This document shows positions 40,577-53,331 of a stretch of 64,000 bases of DNA, one piece after another. The stretch is from Octopus sinensis. Its lineage: Eukaryota. Made by a program: the position numbers and the translations under genes. How positions within the stretch are numbered: the stretch's first letter is position 1; each line of letters begins with the position of its first letter. Under the pieces are notes generated by a model. That model was given only the letters and a program-made list of their open reading frames with translations. It did not search any database and was not told the origin of the DNA. The stretch covers positions 127,720,001 through 127,784,000 of the forward strand of contig NC_042999.1 in assembly GCF_006345805.1 (NCBI RefSeq), written 5' to 3'.

Positions 40577-40700
40577 TTCTCTGATGAAGCTAGAGGCACA
40601 CCCAATACCCTAATTTTATCTACCGATCACTACAGAACGGTGAAGAGATGGAAATAACATGTAGGGTATTGTGATCTCTCAGCAGAAATGGCTGTAAGAA
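40577..40700 (+). ncRNA. Degenerate type-I hammerhead-ribozyme-like motif with long stem II
   Basis: TTCT-CTGATGA(40581-87)-[stem II including CAATACCCT/AGGGTATTG]-GAAA(40685-88)-TGGCT-GTA-AGAA. Confidence 0.5.
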
Positions 40701-41120
40701 ACTGTTCTTTTTGTATTCTATGAATTACTGGTACATATGTATGTAATACACAGTCTTTACATATGTATATATTCTCATAAATGTCTTAGAATAAATAAAT
40801 AGACATAATATAATGTCTGACAGTTGATGTATACTATTTCTGTATCCCCATATCCTAACCATTTTCTTTTTGCCGTATCTATAAATATACATATATATAT
40901 ATACATACATATATATCTCTTATTATAAAAGGCAGATTTTATCTGCCTCCCTTTGTCTCTTATAGAAATCTACAATATAGGATTTCTTCAATTACAATTT
41001 ACCTAGTATATAAATATAGGGGGAGTTTACGAAAAAAACAACATATATTAATATATATACATACATATATATATGTATATGTTAAAATATAAAATACATA
41101 TATATATATATATATACATA

Positions 41121-41375
41121 ACAACAATGCAGCATGGAAGGTGTTTATAAGCCATTTAAGAAACATACAAAAATTGTTAGATTCACTTCAACATTTAAAT
41201 TTATTTTGCCAAAATATTTTCATCACTTTGAGACCACAAACTGTTCACTGATAAATTCTATGCTAGCACAGAATTTTCTCAGAACAAGTCTTCAATGGCT
41301 TCCAAACACATTCCATGCTGCAATTCTTTTTGTTCCAGCACATGATCTCAGATCAGGTCACTTGCTATGCAAGTA
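41121..41375. repeat. Internally inverted fragment homologous to the 5' end of the 39119 Penelope remnant
   Basis: 41121-41160 is a direct copy and about 41290-41375 an inverted copy of about 39119-39205 (cttg.atagcaagt.acctgatctgagat...tggaagg...taagccatttaa). Confidence 0.75.
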
Positions 41376-41616
41376 CATCTTCATAATATATATATATTTT
41401 TATATGTATATATATATATGCGTGTGTGTGTGTGTGTATAAACACACTTATTTTTATATATATATAGACATATTTATATATGTATACACATATATGTTTA
41501 TATATAGACACATGTATATATATGTATGTGTGTATGTATATTTATATATATATATAGACATATTTATATATCTATATACACATATATATATATTTATATA
41601 TAGACATATATTGCTA

Positions 41617-41648
<32 letters not shown>

Positions 41649-42037
41649 GATATTTATATATATGTATGTTTATATATATAGATATTTATATATATGTATG
41701 TTTATATATATAGATATTTATATATATGTATGTTTATATATATATATATATCTATATATATATATACATATATATATGTATCAATATACATATGTATGTA
41801 TGTGTATATGTATCTGTATACATATGTATATATGTAACTATATACATAGGTATGTATATATGTGTCTATATACATATATGTATATATATATATGTGTTTA
41901 TATATATGTATGTATTTATATATGTGTATATATATATATTTAAATATATATATATACATAGATACATATATATACAAATATATATATGTATATATATTTT
42001 TGTATCTATATGTCTATATATATGTGTGTGTGTGTGT

Positions 42038-42089
<52 letters not shown>

Positions 42090-43594
42090 CTATAGACACT
42101 TATTTATATATCTACACAGACATACACACCTATATATATTAATGTATGTGTATGTAGTGATACAAGTAGTTTAGAAAAATATATACAACAAACTGATAAG
42201 TGTGCATTTATATAACAATATAGGGCTTCATTAAACATTTTCTATGAGCTCATGCAATTTCTGACAACAATTTATTGTCTCTCAAAATTATTTGTTTTAT
42301 TTACCTGACAACAATTAAATAAGAACAAAAGGCAAAGAACAAATGATATCAATAAAATATAATGACAAAAAGTGCTTTAGATTCAATACTGAATTAGAAA
42401 AGCAAATAATAGTGAAAACTGCTCAGATAGTTTAAACATATCCAAGGCCTTGATGAAAATGTTTCAAATTTGGTTTGTGGACAAACTAATGGTATGCAAA
42501 CAAATAGCTGCACATTCAAAATTTGAAGCATCTTTGTGCATCTTTGTCACTAATGTAACTCACATACAACTTAAGGAGCCTATTTACAAACTCTTGTTTA
42601 ATAACTGATGTATTATTAACATACAAGATCAAAACTATTTGATAGCAAAGTGACAATTATAGGGAAACACTAACAAAGAAAATGGCGAGTTTATTTTTCT
42701 TTTTCTTTTTAGAAATAAAGAAAAGAAAACATGATAAAAAAACACATTTATGAGTTATCCTCTCCCGTATGTTTATATTTCTCCTCTTATTTTAAAATAT
42801 TTCTAAGGATTTAAAGGTGAAAGAGACCCATGAAATACGTTGAATATGTACCGGTTTTGTGACATATATATATATATAGACACATACATATATATATACA
42901 CATACACACACACACACACAAATGTGTATATATATATATATATATACACGTATATATATATATACACATATACACACACAAACATATATATATACACACA
43001 CAAACATATATATATATATATATATACACATATATACACGTATACACATATATATATATACACACACACACACATATACACACATGTACATGCATACACA
43101 CATATATATATACATATATATGCACATATATATACACATATATATACATATATATATATATATACACACATATGTATATATATATACATACATATATATA
43201 TAGTAGGGTGGGTGGGGATATTTCGATTGATCTGCTAGCTGTGCTAGTTTAGCAGTCCATTTAGAAACCACTGCCAGAGCAAAGTGATATATAATTCACT
43301 TTAACAACCAACTAAACAAGCACAGTAGCAATGGATGAAGACAACAGGTGAAAATTTGTTATAAGATGGTGTTGGTAGGTTGGGGGGGGGGTTAGTATGG
43401 CGACTTCCTTTCACTTCCTTATTTTTCAACTGTAATAATACTTCAATATTGTGATGTTTACTCATGTTTAGAGAAAGAACATCAGGCGATCCAGCACGAC
43501 GCCATATAATGTTATGATGAGTTTCCAGCTGTACAGTCTTCTCATAATCTGTAAAGTTCATGTGAAATAAAAATCTTCAAGCTGAAATCTTAAT

Positions 43595-43710
43595 TCTGTT
43601 TGTTTGTTGGTTGGTTGGTCAGTTGGTTGGTTGGTTGGTTGGTTGGTTGGTTGGTTGGTAGTTTGGTTGGTCGGTTGGTTGGTTGGCTGGTTGTTTGGTT
43701 GGTTGGTTTT
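43595..43710. repeat. (TTGG)n microsatellite
   Basis: Read directly from the sequence. Confidence 0.95.
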
Positions 43711-44329
43711 GCTGTTTGAAGGTTGAGATTCTGAATGGCTTGTTTACCATTTTTGAAAATGTGTTGTCAATATGAATAGAATAATTGGCCTGATAGAGGT
43801 GTTTATTTGCTAGGTTGATTACAATGATTTAATGGAAGATTATTTGGAATGATATAAAAGAAACGGTTTTCTAAGAAACACAAAATCCAAAATGTTAATC
43901 AGGGTTGAATGGGTAGTGGTGACGTTTTAGTTTGTCTTTTTACACCAAACACATTTGTGATGAGTGCTGTGGCAAAAAGGGATTCCGTTCTTACATATTA
44001 TGAGACTATATAGGCTTAGAGGTAGCCCACAGGGTGGAAAACTCAAGGGCTACCCTGGGTGGCACACGTACTAGCTACACCAGTTTGCAACAAATGTGAA
44101 GTAAAATGTTTTCATAAGTAAATTACAAACAGGATAACAAACTCAGCCAGCTGAGAGAATAACAGCTATGGTAACGTCTTAGACACAATTCCTTTATGCT
44201 TTTTATTATGATTCTCTTTTCTCTTTACTATTTATTCCAAATATGAACAGGAATATATTTTACAAAAGAAAAACAAGAAAAAAAACAAAAGGGGGAGAAC
44301 AAAAAACAACAATATCGCACACCGAAAGG

Positions 44330-44860
44330 TTCAACAGAACCTACTGAAGCAAACCAGTACACTCACAGCATTACCACCAATCATGGTGAGGCTAAGGCGT
44401 TGGAAAAAACCAAGCACCCTCAAGGGTATCACCTGAAATCTCGGTGCGGTGAGCTTCCAACGATGACAAGAACTTCGCTGTTAGTGGCCTAGTCCTTCAA
44501 AACATCTCAAATGCCACAGGCTGGGAGAAATAGTTCACTGCCAGGTTCTAATACTTCAAGGTTTTGTTCCGTTCACCGCAGCATCCAGGATATGGGAGGG
44601 AGCAAAAGAGTCACAGACTGGAATTCTAGACCCATGGTAGCCCTTGAGTTTTCCACCCTGTGGGCTACCTCCAAGTCTATATAGGCTTATACAAGTCTTA
44701 CCCAGAGGCAGAGGGTAAGACTGTCCGGTCTCTTTATCACTTCTGGATAATCCTGCCAGTTCCAGAACTGAGGGCATATTAATCCAAGTCAGGGCCTGTT
44801 TAATGATTAAGTTTAGCTCGGTGTAATGAGCGAAATGACCCACTGGACAGCAGCAATGCT
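44330..44860 (-). mobile_element. Decayed non-LTR retrotransposon C-terminus with restriction-like endonuclease (CRE/NeSL/R2 group)
   Basis: H..LN.IIKQAL....PSVLE..GLSRSD(G)KRPD, VCDSFAPSH, KY..L...Y...PVAFE and FQRLSL....GNA.S.L, spread over shifted frames. Confidence 0.75.
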
Positions 44861-45231
44861 AAGACACTGCTTTCAGTGGCTTTAGTTGATCAGTAATGCT
44901 CTTGTACTTACTTATTTCTCAGGTCTTTATTTAACAAGTGATAAAGTCATCCTTTGACATAAAGAGATCTTGCAGAAAATTTTGATTCAACCAACACAAA
45001 AGACAAAATACAGAATAAACTGGAGCAGCTTGTTTTATTCTGGGAAAAATGCAGAATGTAGATATATTTTGATGCCTGCCATCAAAAGTTCAAGTGACAG
45101 AATGTAGATAATAAATAGGTTTCAGTCTCAAGAAGACAAACCGAAGATCGGTGCAATGGTTTTTCAGCAGCATTATGCAACTCCTTGCTGAGTATATATA
45201 CATTTGTTTGTGTGTGTCTGCATATGTGCTC

Positions 45232-45542
45232 ATAATAATAATAATAATAATTGTGTACAGTGCTCAGGTGCACTACAACTCATCTAAAGTGTATATATAA
45301 TCAGGTGTAGTTTCGGCGGATTTCGGAAAGCATGAGGGCCTTAAAAGATGCAGTGTCATGGCAGTCAACAACTGACGCAGGCAGTTTATTCCATGCTTCA
45401 GCAACTCTGAGCGTGAAAAAATGTTTCCGAAAGTCATGAGAGCTGTATTGTTTTCTGACTTTGTAGGCATGTCCACGTGTGTTAGACACATGGAGATCAA
45501 AAAGGTGTTCAGTGTTGTTGTTGGTGAGGTGGTTGATAACTT
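45232..45542 (-). mobile_element. 3' fragment of the same CR1/L2-type LINE (uninterrupted copy)
   Basis: Reverse complement matches the 60349-60630 segment and spans the empty site aagttatcaaccACCTcaccaac. Has a (TTA)n tail. Confidence 0.92.
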
Positions 45543-46019
45543 CATACAAGGAAGTCTGTGTTATTGCATACTTGAGTGTATACTTGTAATTATTTAGCTA
45601 ATGATGCACCTTCTGAAAAGCGACAAATATCCGTTTTCTGTAAAGCAGTGCATAGAACAATTACCCGGTCATTCTGCAGCAGGTACACAAATATTTGTAC
45701 CTCACATGGCATCGTGTATCGAATGAGCCATGTTCTGTGTGCAGCAATGTATGTAATCTGGTTTGGTTGGTTGTGAATATATTATGTCTGTTGATATTGA
45801 AGCACACAAATCACTAACTGATTAAAAATCTCGCCAACGAATAAGACTGCAGACAGTTCTCTCAGTGACACCATGCCAAGCAATACAGTATTCACATTTT
45901 TATTTCAGGAGAGGTTTCCTACAGTTGTTCATTTGAGGATTGAAAAACAAGATACCATGATTGTCTTCCTCACTACTTTGGCTGGCGTATTTTTCTCATT
46001 GCGCATAACCATTGATAAT

Positions 46020-46235
46020 AATACTTTCAAATTTTGTCACAAGGGCAGAAATTTTGAGGGAGGGAATAAGTCGATTTGCTCAACCGAGTGTTTCACTGGT
46101 ACTTAATTTATCGACCCCGAAAGGATAAAAGACAAAGTCGACCTCAACGGAATTTGAACTCAATATTGCAATGGGCAAAATACCGCTAAGCAGATCATCC
46201 AGCATCCTAACGATTCTGCCAGCTCACTGCCTTAT
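46020..46235 (-). mobile_element. SINE (same family)
   Basis: Reverse complement of the full head-core-tail, with CpGs retained. Confidence 0.8.
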
Positions 46236-48415
46236 AATAATGATGATGATGCTGTAACTACCATTAATGTTAGATTGCTATTATGTTATTGTTCTAATTG
46301 TTGCTAACTTGAAACAAAAAAAGTAAAAATAATAGTAATAGAAAAGTAAATGTGATTTTGAAAACAAAAATAATTGTTTAACAAATCTTGAGAACATTGA
46401 AATAATTCACTATGCTTTTGCATTGGTGGTTTATGCATAAAAAAGACAAATTAGAAAGAGTAAAGACCCCCTTTGGTCAAGAACAACCAAGGGATTGCAC
46501 CTTAAAAGTTACCTTCCAAGACACATGTCCGGGGAAAGTTACTTATGGAAGACCAGCAGTCACCCATGTATACCAGCCTCTCCTCTCCACACCACGCCAT
46601 GCCACTGAAAAGTTTCCAATGAAAAGTTTAATATAGCTTGGCACCAGTGATGTTGCAACTCATTTTACAGCTGAGTGAACTGGAGTAATGCGAAATAAAG
46701 TGTTTTGCTCAAGAACACAACACAACACACTGCCCTGGCAAGGAATCGAACTCACTACCTCATGATTGTGAGCCCAATGTTCTAACCACTGAGCCATGCG
46801 CCTTCACAGAATAAATTGGAACATTCTATATTTAAATAAAAAAAAGAGAAAGAATATAGTTTGTTCTTCTTGCTAGTTGACTGTGAATAGATAAGTGTGC
46901 AAATAATGATATAGCAGGTAAAAGGGCTTCTATTTTGATGTTAAGAAGTGTTGGTTGACAAGGTAAGTCATGTAGCTGAAGGACAGGGCAATGTCATTGA
47001 ACAACAATGAACACAGTGTTCTTATAACAAGGAGTTAAATGTGTGTGTGGAGAGAGAGAGAGAGAGAGGTCTGTGCATGTTTATGGGTGAGGGAGTTTAT
47101 GTATATCTAAGCAGGAAAAATAATGAACCTGGAAAAGTGCAGAATAAGAAGTGCAAGATTTAAGATATTCCAGTTTAAGTTGGAATTGAAATAGACATAA
47201 ATAAAAGCTTTGAGTTGCATTCAAATGTGAAACTATACCCAGCTTTTTTAATTCTAACTCCTTCATAAAAAGAATTCTTTATGGATCTTTGCTATAAAAT
47301 AAAATATGGTAAATGATGGGAAGGAGTTAAGTAATTGTATAGTATGGTGATGTAACATTGAAAATTACTTAATTTTCAGCTTTAATTTTTCCAATCACCA
47401 CTGAGGTGACATTTAGGCATACTGAAATTTGAATTTATCTGGAGGAGGGAAAGTGATTAGGATGTATTTTAATTTGCCTGGTAACAGTCAAATAAATAGT
47501 ATCTTGTCAGTTCAAGAGATAAGTGGTGTGGGAATGTGCCTACTTTCTATTAAGATATAAACAGCTTAGCTTGTTACTATGGAAACAGACTCCTACATGT
47601 CTGTGGTTTTCGATTGGCTAAGATTACCCAAAATTTGCAAACTTTAAAAGCAATTAACTCTTTAATTTATTAACTTATGGTGAAAACATTTCATGTCAAT
47701 GATTATTATATACAACAACACCAATACACCAAATATGAAATCAATTGATATGAAAATGGAAGAAATTGAAAAGTGACGGCCAAATAGAAATGATCCAAAT
47801 TTATCCCAACTAGAAAGAAATAGCTTCAAAATCTATGCCGACGAAGGTCTAAAAATTCACCACTCTTGATATTCATAAAACTCTCTTACCCTTCAACACT
47901 CACAACTTATTAAAGCTTAGCCAACTTGGATCTTCCCCATTTTTATCTCTCTTTCTCAGAGTCAGCATAAATTATTCGGTATGTATCCAATTAGACATGC
48001 ACATGCTATGGCAGACAGAAAATGGTCCTACAGATTTAACCATCATGCTGCCAAAGGACACCTTAGTCTTCCCTTTAATCTTTCCCCTATGTTTTTCATC
48101 CAAACCATTCGCCAAGAGGCAAATTCAAATTCAAATTCCAATTCCAATTGCAATATCTTTACACTTCCACTTCTTGTCTGTGCTTTTGCAGATTGACGGG
48201 AATATTTTCCTTCTTGCCCCTGCATTTTCCTGCAAGTCTATTATTTATACAAGCGATGTTTTTCATATGTAAACACTCATACATACACACATACACACAC
48301 ACACGAGAGTTTTCTGCACATCTGTCTACCATATATGGTGCCGATGCTATAATAAAGTCACATGTCTTAGATACTGTGTTGTGCAATTGAACTATGATCC
48401 ACACAGTTGCAAAGC

Positions 48416-49618
48416 GTAGACTTGAATGAATTTCCTCTACCCCATTCATCACATATATGTGCATTCAAACATAGCTAGCCTTTGACCTCTACTTGGATCC
48501 CCTTGTGTCCACTACTCTGATTTGTTGGTATCGGCTCAATTTGTCTCTTACTCTGTTGCACCAACTTGCCGGGTATAACATGGGACAGTCTGTTTACCAC
48601 CCTGTTTGAACTACAGCTCCTTATAAAAACTCAGTTTTTCCTTGTTCCAGAGTCTTTGGTTCCAGACCTTTTAAGGTTTAGCCACTGACCACAAAGATAG
48701 CCAGTTACAGTGACAATGCCAGACAACACCACCATCACAGCAGCCACATTGAGACTTACCAACTTCGTCCAACAGCATTACAGCAACCTCCTTCCTCGTC
48801 GCCACCATCATGTCCTAAATATCGTCAACATCATCTCTCTCTGTACACAGCTCAGCAAGCAATTCACCCAGGTTCCAACAGTCACTGTTTGTGAATTATT
48901 TCACCACAGATCAACAATGAGTTAATGACCTACATGAACTCTTGTACAAGTGACCCAGGCAGCAGCATCACAGCCACGACTATAGGTACCTGTAACTGGC
49001 TTAGCATCATGACCGCCATTTCTTGATACAGTATTCCAACTACTGTGTACTATTGACAATGAACTGGTCTTTCTTGTGTCTATGAACTTACTTCACACTT
49101 CGATGGCTACAGACTCATTCACTGTCTCCTTCATCACTATCCTTATATGTTCTTAACACACGATTGCATCTATGCCTACATGCACACATACATTTTGTTC
49201 TCGTGACAGCCTGTCTATTATTCAGTATACATGATGCACACAGACAGACATGTTAACATATCAATAGCTGTTCTCTTAATCATCCTTACGCAGTTGTGTC
49301 TTTGTGGTCAGTGGCTAAACCTTAAAAGGTCTGGAACCAAAGACTCCAGGACAAGAAAAAACTGAGTTTTTATAAGGAAGTGTAGGTTCAAACAGGGTGA
49401 TAAACAGACTGTCCCACATGATCCTATTTAGGGCCTCCAACTGGTCATACAGGGCAAGTTGGTGCAACAGAGTAAGAGACAAATTGCGCCAATACCAACC
49501 AGTCAGAGTAGTGAACACAATGAGATCCAAGTAGCAGCCAAAGGCTAGCTATTCCCTGCTACGTTTGAATGCATGTATATACAATGAATGGGAAAGAAGA
49601 ATTTCCCCCCAAGTCTAT
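48416..49618. mobile_element. 1.2-kb element with long inverted terminal repeats (about 270 and 320 bp)
   Basis: 48416-48687 is the reverse complement of 49299-49618 (e.g. ccagaccttttaaggtttagccactgaccacaaaga and tctttgtggtcagtggctaaaccttaaaaggtctgg), apart from small indels. Confidence 0.85.
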
Positions 49619-50707
49619 GATACACGTCCAAGTTCATTATTTTATAGAAACATAATTGTCTAAATCAAACTGTGTATATTAACAGTATTTATTTTCTCAG
49701 TTTCTTTCAAGTAGAAAAATATTTTAGAAAGAAATCTATCTTATTAGCATAAAAAAATATGTGGAGAAGATTAAAGCAAAATATTTATTTACATTGGTAC
49801 TACAACAAAACAGGTAAACTCCTTCTCACCGAACTTGAAAGCGATTGACTGTTACCAGAAACACATCTGATTCGAGTTGATGTTTTATTTTTTATAGAAA
49901 TTATCAAGCTACTTGGAGTTAAAAGGTAACCTCACTGCAATCAAGATCAACCCTTGATTTTAATTCTTGATGGAAGTTAATGTATACCAGTAAACAGGAT
50001 ATAATTATAACCGTAACTGTTAGTATAATATCATGCTGATAGATATTTTGTATCTTTTATCTTTTATTTGTTCTAGTCGTTAGACTGCAGCCATGCTGGG
50101 GCACTGCCTTGAAGAAATTTTTTTAGGTGAATTAATCGACCACAGTACATTTTTTAAGCGTGGTACTTAGTTTATCGATCTCTTTTGCCGAACTAATTTA
50201 TGGAGATGTAAACACACTATTACCGGTTGTCAACTGGTGGTAGAAGACAAACACAGACACTCACAAGTATATATATATATATATATACGATGGGCTTCTT
50301 TCAGTTTCGATCAACGGAATCCACTCACATAGCCTTGGTCGGTTCGAGGATATGGTAGATAACACTTGCGCAAGGTGCCACGCAGTGAGACTGAACCCAG
50401 AACCATATGGTTGGGAAACAAGTGTTCTTAACACACAACCATGCCTGCACCTAAGATAGGATAAATATTTAAAAAGACAGATAATGATTCTAAAACTATT
50501 TAATTTCTTCCAATGGCGACAGTACTTCACAAAATTGCTTTTTATCTCTGAGTATTGTACACTTTTGTCACCATATTTCTCTTTGTATATACTGCCTCTG
50601 TTGCAGTTAATTTTGAAAATAAAGCAGTATTTAGTAAAATAACATTGTCATTATTAAGCTAGTGTTTGGGACATAAATTAGCATGAAATTATAATGGAAA
50701 ATTTTGA

Positions 50708-51262
50708 GGAAAGACTTCCGCCCGCCCCCCACCATTTTCTCCCAAAATTGTTTATTTTTGTAATCTTTTTTTTTTTTTTTGCCAAAAATCTCTGTTTTCA
50801 GATACGGAGGATCTGGAAAATTGCCAAAATGGCACTGTGAACATCCCCCAACCCTTTCTACCCCAGCTTCTTCAATTTTGACTTTTTTCCCCAACACTAA
50901 CCCTAACCCTAACCGTAAAACCCTAACCCTAACCCTAAAACCGTAACCGTAAGTACAGAAATGTTTTGAAATTTTTGCCCAGATCATGATGTCCGTATTT
51001 TCCCAAATACTTAGAAAAAAAATTATTAAAAAAATTATTAAAAAAAATTTTTTTCAAAGATATATTCCGCATATTTTGACAAAAAAAAATTGAAAAGTCG
51101 AAATTGAAGGAAATGGCGGGGTGTAATTTAGATATGTCGATTTTTGCCAATTTTTTGACAGATTCGTATTTCTCGTAGCCGAAAAGTGGGTGTTTGTGTC
51201 GAAAAAAAATTTTTTAAGGGTGTTTTTTTGGGGGGGAGGGGGGAACGGGAGGAAGTCTTGCC
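50708..51262. mobile_element. Non-autonomous TIR element with 8-bp TSD (Merlin-like) carrying CCCTAA repeats
   Basis: TSD AATTTTGA (50700-07 and 51263-70). TIR GGAAAGACTTCC and GGAAGTCTTGCC. CCCTAA/CCGTAA units at about 50897-50952. Confidence 0.8.
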
Positions 51263-52794
51263 AATTTTGATTTAGAGCACTTTAAAACAGGAAGTACGTA
51301 TCACAGAACCAAAGGTGGTCTTTCGCAAGTTGGTGTCAAGAGGGGTTAAATTGATGAGATAATTTAGTTAGGATGTAAATTTATCAAAAAATCTAGAACC
51401 TATTTTCTAGTTTTGGTAATCCGAAACAGTTAAAGCTGTGGTTTCCGAAGACACGCCAAATCCCCCTGCATTGCGAAATGAACTTATCATTCACGATCTT
51501 TGGTACCGAACAGACTAGGTAATTTTACTTCAAGACAGTTGATTTTAAGCTGATGAGGATTACACGACATAACGCATGTATGCGCCGTGCAGTGTATATG
51601 TAGGTCTCCTCCTGTAAATGATATAACTGCAGCTGGAACAGTTTAAATTTTAAAGTGGGCAGGATGTTGAGGTAAACGAGAAAACCGACTATTTCTACGT
51701 TAGATTTTGTAACGAGATCTCAGGTGGTGGGAAGCTGTTTTTGTTGAGTCTGGTTCAAATCCTGTTACTTTAAAAATAAACAGACGACCGATCTACATCA
51801 ACAGTAATATGTACCATATAGAACTGATAGCTATTAAAAATAAATTGAAGTGAGTCATATGAAAGCGAAAGCCAGATTTAAATTTGGGGGTTGAAAAATT
51901 ATTACTAACATATTTAAACTTCAGAATGCAAACATTGTTTATTTCACAACTTTTTAGAATAGTGAATTAGCGTTCGTTTCAATGAGGGTTCAAAATGTAA
52001 GTTTACATAATGTATATGCATAGATATCTTAGCAAATGTGCGGGTGTGCTTGTGTATGTGTGTGTGTGTGTGTGTGTATGCGCGCGCATGCGTATATCGC
52101 ATAGATATAATGCAAATATGGCACACAGGTATGGAAGAATGGTTGAGAAATTCGCTTAGCAACTGTGAGGTTCTGAGTTCGATTCCATTGTGTGTGTGTG
52201 TGTATATCTGCGTGCGCGTGCGTACGTAGCACAGATAGATGTAATGTAAATATGGCGCACAGGTATGGAAGAATGGTTGAGAAATTCGTTTAGCAATCGT
52301 GAGGTTCTGAGTTCGATCCCATTGCGTGGAATCTTATCCAGTAGCCACGAATTGATCAAATCTTCCTGATAGAAACGGAAAGTGTATCGAAGCTCATCGG
52401 ATGGACTGTGCCTGTAATTCGAAGAGCCAACTATTTAACATATAGTGTCATCTTAATTCTGTTTGGGAATTACATTATGGCTACAGAAAGTTAATGAACT
52501 TACCTGTTGAGGGGAAACCCATTTGATCAGGAAAGTTCAAAAGCTTCAATGCTCGATAGGGAGTCCATACTTTTTGAACTGGGGCGTGTTAAAGCAATAA
52601 TCGATCGCAGCGAGATTTGAATTCGGAACCTAAATACTATAGATAATTCAGTCCACTGATCTCCTGCTACTCTCGTCAGTTATTCATGCATCATTTTTTA
52701 AACTTGATCTGCTGTAAAAAAATATAGAGCATATAAATAAATAATAATTCATCAGCCAATATGTAATTTCTTGTCGACTAGAAACGATTAAAAA

Positions 52795-53128
52795 AGGGGT
52801 AAAGACCCCCTTCGGTCATGAATGACCATGGGATTGCACCTAGAAAGTTACCCTCCTAGACACAAGTCCGGGCAAGGTTGTTTATGGAAGACCAGCAGTC
52901 GCCCATGCATACCAGCCTCCCCTCTCCACGCCACCAGTGTTATCCAAGGGAAATACAAAGGTCGATACAGCTTGGCACCAGTGACGTCGCAACTCATTTC
53001 TACAGCTGAGTGAACTGGAGCAACGTGAAATAAAGTGCTTTGCTCAAGAACACAACACGCAGCCCGGTCCGGGATTCGAGCTCACAACCTCACGATCGTA
53101 AGCTCGACGCTCTAACCACTGAGCCATG
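52795..53128 (-). mobile_element. Third SINE family (second copy at 46455-46805 -)
   Basis: The two copies align over about 330 bp. The right end reads as a tRNA-like head on the - strand (atggctcagtggttaga...gttcga). Confidence 0.8.
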
Positions 53129-53193
53129 TTCTATTTAGGCACATCAGATGAATGTGACTTTATAGCAACCAGCTTTAAGCAAAAACTCTATCA

Positions 53194-53331
53194 CAGGCAT
53201 AGGCAACCTTTTTCGAGAAGCAGGCTGCATGAGACATGACTCAACATCATGCACGACTAAAAATAAAAACAAGGTAGTTTCTCACGGGGTGCTAGCCAGA
53301 GAGTCCTGCAGGTTGCAGTTTGCCATGACTG
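53194..53331. mobile_element. hAT (Charlie-like) MITE, 138 bp
   Basis: Identical 8-bp TSD CTCTATCA (53186-93 and 53332-39). Ends CAGGCATAGGCAA and TTGCCATGACTG. Confidence 0.85.

Larger units (their letters stand above)
38680..43205. repeat. Large (TA)n/(TATG)n/(CA)n simple-repeat fields (38680-39118, 39968-40305, 41060-42150, 42860-43205)
   Basis: Read directly from the sequence. These fields explain the many spurious YI/VC-rich ORFs. Confidence 0.97.

Noticed and set aside
674-43271. Numerous 60-170 aa ORFs rich in YI/VC/HT repeats
   Set aside because: They are translations of (TA)n, (TG)n and (CA)n microsatellites or SINEs and have no domain content.
47820-47870. CCGACGAAGGTC as a hammerhead remnant
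   Set aside because: The core is mutated, with no downstream GAAA or stems.
50897-50952. True telomere or chromosome fusion site
   Set aside because: The tract is short, degenerate, single-orientation and enclosed within a TIR/TSD element.
51571-51600. CTGATGAGG hammerhead-like start
   Set aside because: No stem II, GAAA or NUH arrangement follows.
46740-53128. tRNA genes at SINE heads (e.g. 46740-46805, 53060-53128)
   Set aside because: A- and B-boxes are present, but the cloverleaf is incomplete and continues into the SINE body.
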